Made by a program: the position numbers and the translations under genes. This document shows, in pieces, positions 18,827 through 28,424 of a stretch of DNA of 64,000 nucleotides; position 1 is the stretch's first letter; each line of letters opens with the position of its first letter. Below the pieces are notes generated by a model. It made no database searches. It had not been told where the DNA came from and saw only the letters and a list, made by a program, of their open reading frames with translations. This DNA is from Bulleidia sp. (GTDB taxonomy: Bacteria; Bacillota_I; Bacilli_A; Erysipelotrichales; Erysipelotrichaceae), in contig JAZPXY010000070.1 of NCBI GenBank assembly GCA_045543875.1, positions 46,402 to 110,401 of the forward strand. The letters run 5' to 3'.

Positions 18827-20236
18827 TCAGCGGCTGACCGTAAACAGATAGAGCCATCCGCTCTCCGGCACAAAGATGCCGGTGCCGATCTTTCTGTCAC
18901 TGCGGTCAAAGACTTCTGCTGAAACTGCCTCGCCGTATTCATTGCGTACAAATACAACCCTGGAATATCCGGCAAACGCTGCGGTGTCCTTTCCGTCATG
19001 TTCAACGATCATGGCAGTGACCCTGCCGCTTTCATCATATTCATAGACGGCATCATCCCTGGCATCGGTATAGGATACGGTCTGCACTGCCGGCAGATCG
19101 CCGCCCGGGATCCACCGCACATCATAGACGGTATGATCGCCATAGGAGAAGTCCGCATACTGCGATGTGCGGAGCGTGCCGCTCTTGCCGGCGGTCATCT
19201 TCTGCCATTGCGATGCCTCATCATAAACCATTTCCACGGTATAGAGCACCGTGCCTTTTTCATTCAGGCAGGCAGCCTTGACCAGGTGTCCGTACATGTC
19301 CCATACCTGGCCGTCTTCACTCTGCCAGGTGCCGCCTTCAGAAATGGCCTTCAGCCGGTATTCTGTAAAGATGCTCGGCTGCAGGGCATTGGCCCGGGTC
19401 AGTGCCTCTTCGGCTTTGCCGGTACTGCCGTTCTGCAGGTGACGGTCAGCCTGCTTTTTCAGACAGATGACCATCTGTTCGGCCGAGTATGCATCATCAC
19501 GGTATTTTTCGTGATAGTCTTCATAGAAGGTATAGGCATTGACATCATCTCCGGAAAGAAGATATGCATCTGCCATGCGCAGAACTGCCTGATCGCCTTC
19601 ACCCCAGGCTGCGGCTGTCCGGAATGCCTTCACAGCGCCTTCATAATCACCGCTTTCAATCAGTGCCTCACCTTTGGCAAACTGTGAATTGGAATAGGTG
19701 CGCACGGAAATGAACACACCGATGATCAGCACCACGGCGGCGGCAATGCCGATGATGGCCCTGAGCGAAAGCCGGAAGCCTTCTTTTTTCTGCGGCTGCG
19801 GCTGCGGCGGCAGGTCAATGGCTTCGGCAATGACGCCCTCTTCCTGTTTCTTTACCAGGGTATTTGCCTTCTGCAGCAGAGCCTTGACATGGTCTTCGCT
19901 GATGCCGAGCTCTTCGGCTATGGCAGCGTTGTTCAGGTGTTCGAACGTTTTCATCAGACTGACAATACGCTCTTCATGATCCAGTTCAGCCAGATCCTTC
20001 TGCAGATCGCGGATTTCCGGCAGTTCCTGGACATTTTCCTGCGGTTCCGGCACATCTTCAAAAAGCTCGCGGTCACGCTGCTGAATATACATGACACTCA
20101 GCCGTCTTGCCGTTTTCACAGGATCGCTGTCAGCGGCTGCCTCCCGGGCAATTTCCCGGGCCTTGGCGGCATTGCCGGTATAGCCTTCTGCCAGATCCTT
20201 CAGAAACTGTTCACTGTTTTTATTGAATTCCGTCAT
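18827..20236 (-). CDS. Membrane protein: ECF-sigma-like N-terminus, TM helix, TPR repeats and YD-like repeats
   Basis: LAELDHEERIVSLMKTFEHLNNAAIAEELGISEDHVKALLQKA resembles sigma region 4; TM AIIGIAAAVVLIIGVFISV; TPR-like GEALIESGDYEGAVKAFRTA; YD-like YEYDESGRVT. AAGGTG SD 6 nt before 20236. Confidence 0.65.
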   Translation of the reverse strand: MTEFNKNSEQFLKDLAEGYTGNAAKAREIAREAAADSDPVKTARRLSVMYIQQRDRELFEDVPEPQENVQELPEIRDLQKDLAELDHEERIVSLMKTFEHLNNAAIAEELGISEDHVKALLQKANTLVKKQEEGVIAEAIDLPPQPQPQKKEGFRLSLRAIIGIAAAVVLIIGVFISVRTYSNSQFAKGEALIESGDYEGAVKAFRTAAAWGEGDQAVLRMADAYLLSGDDVNAYTFYEDYHEKYRDDAYSAEQMVICLKKQADRHLQNGSTGKAEEALTRANALQPSIFTEYRLKAISEGGTWQSEDGQVWDMYGHLVKAACLNEKGTVLYTVEMVYDEASQWQKMTAGKSGTLRTSQYADFSYGDHTVYDVRWIPGGDLPAVQTVSYTDARDDAVYEYDESGRVTAMIVEHDGKDTAAFAGYSRVVFVRNEYGEAVSAEVFDRSDRKIGTGIFVPESGWLYLFTVSR

Positions 20237-20248
20237 TCCGTTCACCTT

Positions 20249-20283
20249 AAAAAAAGATGCTTTTCAGCATCTTCATTTTAGCA
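20249..20283 (-). promoter_or_regulatory. Terminator-like hairpin overlapped by an extended -10 element
   Basis: Minus strand TGCTAAAAT (20275-20283), then GAAGATGC-TGAAAA-GCATCTTTTTTT. Confidence 0.45.
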
Positions 20284-21195
20284 TTATTCTTCGCCGTACA
20301 GTACCTTAGTAACATCGATCGTTGCTCGGCCGAGGGTAATGCGGTCGCCGGCATGGAGAACAGCTCTGCCAAGCGGCGGCAGCTTCGTCGTGTTCAGGAA
20401 GGTTCCGTTATGTTCGGAAACATCCTCGATATACAGCTGGCTTCCGGAAGCAGTGATCTTGGCATGTCTTCTGGATACGGCCGGTTCGGCAATGACCAGG
20501 TCACAGGTTCCGGCATCTCTGCCCAGCATGCACGGCAGCTGGTTCAGGGAATATTCACGGACATTATTGCCGATGACAACGGCAACTTCCAGACCGGTCG
20601 GAATCGGACCGTCAGCAACAACCGGCTCCTCTGCCGGTGCTTCGGCAAAGACATCATCATCTGCCGGCATATCATCCGGACGTTCAATGACTCTTGTGAC
20701 AGCCGGTTCAGGCTCCTGTTCTTCGCTGATTGAAATCGGAATGCCGGCCAGTACATCTTCGTCGGCCGCATCGATATCTTCTTCCTCAGTCTCCGGTGCT
20801 GGCGCCGGTGCCGGTACATCTTCGGCCTCCGGGAGTTCTACCGGTGTTTCTTCGGCAGCTTCTTCAGGTCCTTCCGGGAAAACCGGCAGGGAGAATTCAT
20901 CACCGAAGGAATCTTCACTGACCGGAACATCAGCAGCTGTGGCAGATGTTGCCGTCACGATTGGCTCAGCAGCCGGAACTTCGGCCGGTGCTTCGGTTTC
21001 TTCTTTCTTGTTTTTGCTGAAGCTGAACAGCTTCTTCTTCGGCGGCGGCGGTACTTCAACACCGCTGTCGTCTACATAATAAACATTTCTTTTGACGGCC
21101 AGAAATATAACTGCAAGCAGCAGTACGGCACAGATGCCGACCAGTGCATAGATAATCAGCTTATCGATTTCCGGATCATTCAGCATATTAAGCAT
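20284..21195 (-). CDS. Membrane-anchored FHA-domain protein with a long acidic Pro/Ala/Glu linker
   Basis: N-terminal TM LIIYALVGICAVLLLAVIFLAV; C-terminal FHA motifs LGR, VSRRHA, NGTFLN and GDRITLG. GAGGTG SD 6 nt before 21195. Confidence 0.88.
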   Translation of the reverse strand: MLNMLNDPEIDKLIIYALVGICAVLLLAVIFLAVKRNVYYVDDSGVEVPPPPKKKLFSFSKNKKEETEAPAEVPAAEPIVTATSATAADVPVSEDSFGDEFSLPVFPEGPEEAAEETPVELPEAEDVPAPAPAPETEEEDIDAADEDVLAGIPISISEEQEPEPAVTRVIERPDDMPADDDVFAEAPAEEPVVADGPIPTGLEVAVVIGNNVREYSLNQLPCMLGRDAGTCDLVIAEPAVSRRHAKITASGSQLYIEDVSEHNGTFLNTTKLPPLGRAVLHAGDRITLGRATIDVTKVLYGEE

Positions 21196-21249
21196 AGTGT
21201 TCACCTCAAATCATATCCATTCTACACTGAAAAGCCTGTTTGTGCCATA

Positions 21250-21984
21250 TCAGTATATTCTGCGGTCATATTTTGATGCCCGGCGGATCGTAAAGATGAC
21301 CATGATGTCCATCACTGCGACAAATCCATAGAAGAATGCCAGGGAAGCCGGTGTTCCGACCATGATTGATCCGTCGTAAATGGCATGCAGGGCAGATGCC
21401 AGCACAAAGCCGGCCGTCTGCAGCAGATTCACTTTCGATTCATCACCGCGGTTTTCACAGCCTTTTGCCATACCGTACATCAGTCCCATATAGACGGCAA
21501 AGCTCATATGGGCAGGAATTGCCAGCAGGGCCCGCGGCACTGCCACTTCCAGACCGCCGTAATAAAAGACATACAGAATGTTCTCAAAGGCGGCAAAGCC
21601 CAGTGATACAAAGACGGCATATACGATTCCGTCAAAGCGGTAGTTGAAGGCTGGATGATTCCAGCTGAAGCGGCGCAGGAAGAAGAACTTCGTGATTTCC
21701 TCGATGACTGCCACCGATGCTGCTGTCAGCACCCCGAAGCCGGCAACCGAAAGGGTCGTATGCTCGGCATAGATGGTCAGCAGATAGTCGGAGCCGTATT
21801 CCAGAGCCATCGATGCCAGCGCCGCCAGCACACCGCCGAACAGCAGCTTTGCCAGCAGGCGTCCCGGTTCTCTTTCCACTTTGTCCTTGCGGTAGATATA
21901 GAACATCAGCACTGCGGCCGGCAGTACTGCCGCAGCCGTGTACAGAAGCAGATTGTTCGGGACAGGATAGCGCAGTATGTTCAT
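21250..21984 (-). CDS. prsW: PrsW-family glutamic intramembrane protease
   Basis: VIEEITKF, DGIVYA, GFAAFENILY, AHM and HAIYD motifs; about 7 TM helices. Starts 2 nt after the rsmI stop. Confidence 0.92.
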   Translation of the reverse strand: MNILRYPVPNNLLLYTAAAVLPAAVLMFYIYRKDKVEREPGRLLAKLLFGGVLAALASMALEYGSDYLLTIYAEHTTLSVAGFGVLTAASVAVIEEITKFFFLRRFSWNHPAFNYRFDGIVYAVFVSLGFAAFENILYVFYYGGLEVAVPRALLAIPAHMSFAVYMGLMYGMAKGCENRGDESKVNLLQTAGFVLASALHAIYDGSIMVGTPASLAFFYGFVAVMDIMVIFTIRRASKYDRRIY

Positions 21985-21986
21985 AT

Positions 21987-22856
21987 TCAGCAGGCTCCCT
22001 TCCAGGTTCCCTTTCCGTGAACCATATCATAGATCAGATTCTTGGCGACACCGGTACGGGCAGCAACTTCCTTGACAGCATCGCTCTTGGACATGCCGGC
22101 TTCCATGGCCTCATTGACCATCCGGAGAATATGCGACATATCGACATCCTTTTCATAGTCATCATGATTGCCGTCCATGACCACGACCATCTCGCCTTTC
22201 AGCTCTGACAGCACCGGCAGCAGCTCGCTGATCGTGCCGCGCAGGAATTCTTCGTGGCGCTTGGTCATTTCCCGGGCAATACAGCATTTGCGGTCACCCA
22301 GGACATCCAGACAGCTCTGCATCATCTTTTCGATGCGGTGCGGTGCTTCATAGAAGATCATCGTCATCGGATAGGCACGGTATTCCTGCAGCTTTTTGAC
22401 GCGGTCATGATTTGACGGCGGCAGAAAGCCGATAAACAGGAACGGCTGGGCAATCAGACCCGATGCCACCAGGGCATTGAGCATGGCGTTGCAGCCGGAA
22501 ATCGGCACGACATTAAAGCCGCATCCTACTGCCTCCATGACCACTCTCTGGCCGGGATCAGAAATCAGCGGATAGCCGGCATCCGAAATCAGGGCAACAT
22601 TGCTGCCCTGCTGGAGCAGATTCACAATTCCCCTTGCACTGCTGTCTTCATTGAAATTCTGATAGGCAATCAGTCTTTTGGAAATGCCGAAATGCTTGAG
22701 CAGCTGGCCGCTGGTCCGGGTATCCTCACAGGCAATCACATCAACGCTGTTGAGAATCTCAATGGCCCGCGGTGTCATTTCCGAAAGATTGCCGATCGGC
22801 GTCGGCACCAGATACAGGGTCGGCTTTTCGTTTTCAAATGATTTCTGACGGTTCAC
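21987..22856 (-). CDS. rsmI: 16S rRNA (cytidine1402-2'-O)-methyltransferase
   Basis: LYLVPTPIGNL, ACEDTR, SDAGYPLISDPG, FYEAPHR and REMTKRHEE. Confidence 0.97.
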   Translation of the reverse strand: MNRQKSFENEKPTLYLVPTPIGNLSEMTPRAIEILNSVDVIACEDTRTSGQLLKHFGISKRLIAYQNFNEDSSARGIVNLLQQGSNVALISDAGYPLISDPGQRVVMEAVGCGFNVVPISGCNAMLNALVASGLIAQPFLFIGFLPPSNHDRVKKLQEYRAYPMTMIFYEAPHRIEKMMQSCLDVLGDRKCCIAREMTKRHEEFLRGTISELLPVLSELKGEMVVVMDGNHDDYEKDVDMSHILRMVNEAMEAGMSKSDAVKEVAARTGVAKNLIYDMVHGKGTWKGAC

Positions 22857-24058
22857 CCTTGATTCTCCTGTGTCTTCTTTCTTCCGAAGGTACGGACAGT
22901 GACATTCCTTGTCTCTGTCTTCTTTTCCGGTGTTCTTTCACGTTCACGGCGGCTGTCATTGCGGCGGCGTGAACGATTGCTGTTGTCTTTGCCGGCAGCA
23001 CTGCTGCTGTTGTTGGCACGGCTGCGGTTCTGATTCTGGTTCTGGTTCCGGCTGGCGCTGTTCTCACGGCGGTCCGGCTTGACATTGACGGAAGGCAGTT
23101 CCATCGATACATGCGGTGTCGGCTTTTCGGAAGTGCGTGACACATTGCGGTGAATGACTTCCTTCTTTTCACCGTCACTGCGCTTCTGCATGACCACGCC
23201 CTTGCGCGGGATTGCCTTCTCCCGCAGATCCTGCAGGGAAATGAATATAACCTGCTCGTGGTTCTCGAGCTTGGCTTCTTCGTTCATGACATTCATGTTG
23301 GTAATGCGGTAGATGTTTCCTTCGTATTCCACCTGGGATCCCATCTTCGGCAGACCCGATGTCAGTTCCTTATAGTCATCGTCTTCATATTTCAGGCAGC
23401 ACATCAGCTTGCCGCACATGCCGGAAAGCTTTTCCGTATTCAGGGCCAGCAGCTGGTTCTTGGCCATATTGATGGAGATGATGTCAAAGCGGCTCTTGAA
23501 TCTGCGGCAGCAGCATTCCATGCCGCACATGCCGATGCCTCCGACCATCTTGGCCTTGTCTCTTTCCCCGATCTGACGCAGCTCAATGCGGCAGTGCAGA
23601 CGGGCACCCAGCTTTTTCAGCAGTTCACGGAAGTCAACGCGCTGATCTGCCAGATAGATGAACAGCACCTTGGAACGGTCCAGCGTATACTGGGCATTCA
23701 GCAGATTCATATCCAGGCCAAGGGCAGCGATTTCTTCGCTGCAGATGGCAAATGCCTCATCTTCATAGGCGCCGTTCTCGGCATAATTCTGCAGATCCCG
23801 GTGGGTTGCCAGACGGACGATCGGCTTCTGCGGCATCCGCAGGCTGTATTTCTTCAGGTCAACGGCATCCGCTTCCACTTCGCCCATTTCCAGCCCCTGG
23901 GCTGTTTCGACAACAACCCACTGTCCTTTCCTGATGTCACCGGTGAAGGAGCCGAACGAATACGGCTTTGCAGCATCCTTGAAGCGGACGGCAACAGAGT
24001 ACGGATATTCAACCTGTTCTTCAGGTGTCTGTGTCTTATTTTCCAATGTTTCGCTCAT
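22853..24058 (-). CDS. ricT: PSP1-domain protein RicT/YaaT with an extended basic C-terminal tail
   Basis: RVDFRELLK.L, RIELRQIG.RD, CGMECCC, SINMAKNQ and SGMCGKLMCCLKYE; canonical position between holB and rsmI. Confidence 0.9.
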   Translation of the reverse strand: MSETLENKTQTPEEQVEYPYSVAVRFKDAAKPYSFGSFTGDIRKGQWVVVETAQGLEMGEVEADAVDLKKYSLRMPQKPIVRLATHRDLQNYAENGAYEDEAFAICSEEIAALGLDMNLLNAQYTLDRSKVLFIYLADQRVDFRELLKKLGARLHCRIELRQIGERDKAKMVGGIGMCGMECCCRRFKSRFDIISINMAKNQLLALNTEKLSGMCGKLMCCLKYEDDDYKELTSGLPKMGSQVEYEGNIYRITNMNVMNEEAKLENHEQVIFISLQDLREKAIPRKGVVMQKRSDGEKKEVIHRNVSRTSEKPTPHVSMELPSVNVKPDRRENSASRNQNQNQNRSRANNSSSAAGKDNSNRSRRRNDSRRERERTPEKKTETRNVTVRTFGRKKTQENQG

Positions 24059-25052
24059 GGTTAAAAACCTCCAGTCTGCGGAACGTTTCAGCCATCAGCA
24101 GATTCAGATCATTGAATCTGTTGATCTTGTCTTTCTGTTCCGAAACGATCATGATCAGCTGAGCGCTGTCATGTTCGCTCATTTTAGCATTTTTCACGGC
24201 ATCATGATACCATTTCGGTCCGCGGGCGTCATGCCGTATGACGTCATGGCAGTAGAGAAGCAGCAGATCCATAAAGGCATTCAGCATTGCCATGTTTGAA
24301 CGCTTTGCCTTGTCCTTTTCGCCGCCGCTGAACTTCCAGGAGATATCATAATCGACCAGCAGTTCATCCCTCGGCATGCCGTCCAGATTCAGATACTGCC
24401 GGAACATGCCCAGGGCATGTTCATATTCCTCCCCTTCACTGAAGGGAACGATTTCATCAGCTTTGCGGACCAGATGTGAGATCAGATAGGCATCCTCGTC
24501 ACTGATTCCCGCTTCCCTTGCCATTTCTTCATAGGCTTCGGCCGGCTGCGGAACAAACGGCAGCATCGTGCAGCGGGAAATGATCGTCGGCAGAAGCCGG
24601 CTGACATTGTCGGCAGTCAGAATGGCAGTCACGCCTCTTCCCGGTTCTTCGAGAAATTTCAGCATGGAATTCTGGGCAGAGACACTGGCTGTTTCTGCAT
24701 TTTCTATAATATAGACCCGTTTGCCTTCGCTGTTTTCCAGCGCCGTGCGGCTGAACTTCTCCTGAATGCTGTCGACATCTTCCTTGGAAATGGCCTTCTT
24801 TGATCCGTCAAGAATGACAAGATCACCGTACAGTCCTTCCCTGACACGGCGGCAGGTATTGCATTCTTCACAGGCCAGACCATCCTTTTTTTCACAGAAA
24901 ATGCTCTCGGCCAGCAGTAATGCGGCTTCATTCTTGATCGTTCCGTAAGGCCCTGTAAACAGATAGGCATTGGATACCCTGTCATTCTTCAGGGCATTCT
25001 CAAGAGCCTGATAAACGACCGGCTGCTGTTTTTTCAGCAGGTCCTTAAGCAT
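24036..25052 (-). CDS. holB: DNA polymerase III delta-prime subunit
   Basis: AYLFTGP, CEECNTC, NSMLKFLEEP and LLPTIISRC; lies between tmk and ricT. Confidence 0.9.
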   Translation of the reverse strand: MLKDLLKKQQPVVYQALENALKNDRVSNAYLFTGPYGTIKNEAALLLAESIFCEKKDGLACEECNTCRRVREGLYGDLVILDGSKKAISKEDVDSIQEKFSRTALENSEGKRVYIIENAETASVSAQNSMLKFLEEPGRGVTAILTADNVSRLLPTIISRCTMLPFVPQPAEAYEEMAREAGISDEDAYLISHLVRKADEIVPFSEGEEYEHALGMFRQYLNLDGMPRDELLVDYDISWKFSGGEKDKAKRSNMAMLNAFMDLLLLYCHDVIRHDARGPKWYHDAVKNAKMSEHDSAQLIMIVSEQKDKINRFNDLNLLMAETFRRLEVFNHERNIGK

Positions 25053-25674
25053 CCAGCAGACCTTTCACTGCCTGATAGGCATCTTCAATGACCTCTTCCA
25101 CTGCCCGGTTGGCATCGATGATGATCATCCGGTCGGCATACTTCTCAATGACCTGACGGTAGCCGGCATAGACGCGCTCATGGAATTCCAGGCTTTCCTG
25201 ATCGAGACGGTCCAGCACTGCCCGCTGGGAGCGGATCCGCTTCAGGCCGACTTCGGCATCGACATCAAGGAAGATTGTCTTATACGGCATATGATCCTCG
25301 ATTGCAAACAGATTGATGTCATAGACTTCCTGTATGCCAAGCTGACGGCCGCATCCCTGATAGGCCAGGGAACTGTCCACAAAACGGTCGGACAGGATCG
25401 TGATGCCGGCATCCAGAGCCGGCAGAACCTTGTCGGTCAGATGCTGGCGGCGGCTGGCCGCATACAGCAGTGCCTCAGTTCTGGCATCCATATCGGTATT
25501 GGCCGGATCCAGGATAATGCTGCGGATCTCCTCGGCAATTTTGCTGCCGCCTGGCTCACGGGTATATCTGACTTTGTATCCTTCTTTTTCCAGACGTTCG
25601 CATACGGCAGTGCTGACAGTTGTCTTGCCGCTTCCGTCCGGACCTTCAAATGTAATAAATAATCCCTTTTTCAT
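25045..25674 (-). CDS. tmk: Thymidylate kinase
   Basis: FITFEGPDGSGKTT, TREPGG and DRFVDSSLAYQG. Start MKKGLF at 25674. Confidence 0.97.
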   Translation of the reverse strand: MKKGLFITFEGPDGSGKTTVSTAVCERLEKEGYKVRYTREPGGSKIAEEIRSIILDPANTDMDARTEALLYAASRRQHLTDKVLPALDAGITILSDRFVDSSLAYQGCGRQLGIQEVYDINLFAIEDHMPYKTIFLDVDAEVGLKRIRSQRAVLDRLDQESLEFHERVYAGYRQVIEKYADRMIIIDANRAVEEVIEDAYQAVKGLLDA

Positions 25675-25843
25675 AATATGGATATTATAGCATTCCCCCT
25701 GTCGCCAAAAAAGCCGCACTATCAGCCCTTTTTACAGTTTTTCCTCCTTTTGAACAATATATTCATCCAAAGAAAGAAACGATAAATCTGCATCCCTCCG
25801 GCAGTTTCCGACAGCTTCATCTTTACAGAGTCATCATGAATGA

Positions 25844-27439
<1,596 letters not shown>

Positions 27440-27447
27440 TCATGGTT

Positions 27448-27470
27448 AAGGCCGCAGAAAGCGGCCTTTT
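27448..27470 (+). terminator. Terminator after GH1
   Basis: AAGGCCGC-AGAAA-GCGGCCTTTT. Confidence 0.7.
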
Positions 27471-27485
27471 CTGAAAGGAGAGAAT

Positions 27486-28250
27486 ATGTTCCGGTTTCAG
27501 CAGATCCGCAATGCCTGCGTCAAATTGTATTTTGATGACTTCTGCTTTCTGATCGATCCCTGGCTGAAAGATCCCGCCGATGCGAAAGAAACAGAAGCCG
27601 CCGTCAGGGAAAAAAGATTTCTCACTACACCAACCGTACCGCTGCCATTTACACCCGAAACGATCCTGAAAGATGTCGGTGCCTGCCTTGTGACCCATAT
27701 GCATGCCGATCATTTTTCATCCGATTATCTGCCGCCAGATCTGCCGCTGTATTTCCAGAATGAAACTGATGCGGAAGAAGCGCGGTCACTCGGCTTTACC
27801 GATGTATCATATTTTGCCGGCAGTCCGCTGCCGTTCGCTGACATTCAGGTTTACAAAGTTCCGGCCCGCCATGGTGACACCGATGAACTGGCGGAAAAGG
27901 CCGGCCCGGCCTGCGGCTTTGTTTTCATCAGGGAAAATGAACCGGCAGTTTATCTTGCCGGCGATACGGTATGGTCAAAAGAACCGGAAAATGTCATTTC
28001 TTCCTTCCGGCCGCAGATCATCATCGTCAATGCCTGCGATGCCCATACCCGTTCCGGCCGGCTGATCATGAATGCCGATGATGTCATGCAAACCTGTGAA
28101 AAGGCGGCAGATGCCATTGTCATTGCCAGCCATATGGGCGCTGTTTCCCATGCCCATCTGAGCCGGGAAGAACTGCAGAAACGTCTGGCCGAAACGCCCT
28201 TCTGTTCCCGGGTTCTGATTCCCGCTGACGGAGAAACACTGACATTCTGA
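27486..28250 (+). CDS. MBL-fold metallo-hydrolase (YddR-like)
   Basis: QQIRNA, LIDP, THMHADH, YLAGDT and HMGAVSH. Confidence 0.85.
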   Translation: MFRFQQIRNACVKLYFDDFCFLIDPWLKDPADAKETEAAVREKRFLTTPTVPLPFTPETILKDVGACLVTHMHADHFSSDYLPPDLPLYFQNETDAEEARSLGFTDVSYFAGSPLPFADIQVYKVPARHGDTDELAEKAGPACGFVFIRENEPAVYLAGDTVWSKEPENVISSFRPQIIIVNACDAHTRSGRLIMNADDVMQTCEKAADAIVIASHMGAVSHAHLSREELQKRLAETPFCSRVLIPADGETLTF

Positions 28251-28251
28251 A

Positions 28252-28294
28252 AAAAGAGGGGCTGTAACAGTTGAAAAACTGTAACAGCCCCTTT
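28252..28294. terminator. Terminator hairpin after the MBL gene
   Basis: GGGGCTGTAACAGTT-GAAA-AACTGTAACAGCCCC (one mismatch), flanked by A and T runs. Confidence 0.65.
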
Positions 28295-28349
28295 GTTATG
28301 TTTTCTGTATAAATGTAACATTTCTCAGGCAGAACAGGGAGGGGAATCC

Positions 28350-28379
28350 TTGCCTGCAGGTCTTTCTGACAAGTATAAT
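28350..28379 (+). promoter_or_regulatory. SigA-type promoter for the large surface protein gene
   Basis: TTGCCT-18 nt-TATAAT. Confidence 0.6.
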
Positions 28380-28424
28380 TATTTTAATCAGCATATTTAT
28401 GGAACTGTACAGGGAAACGGGAAC

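Noticed and set aside
24036-25052. Degenerate Walker A (GPYGTIK) in the clamp-loader subunit
   Set aside because: Loss of ATP binding is normal for delta-prime (HolB).
27486-28250. MBL-fold gene as a beta-lactamase
   Set aside because: Cytoplasmic (no signal peptide) with a YddR-like HxHxDH pattern typical of non-antibiotic hydrolases.
28293-28424. ORF-track N-terminal extension of the large surface protein (and similar extensions at 6291, 14051, 25874, 51072)
   Set aside because: The extensions run through terminators or promoters; downstream ATGs fit the protein architecture or SD position better.
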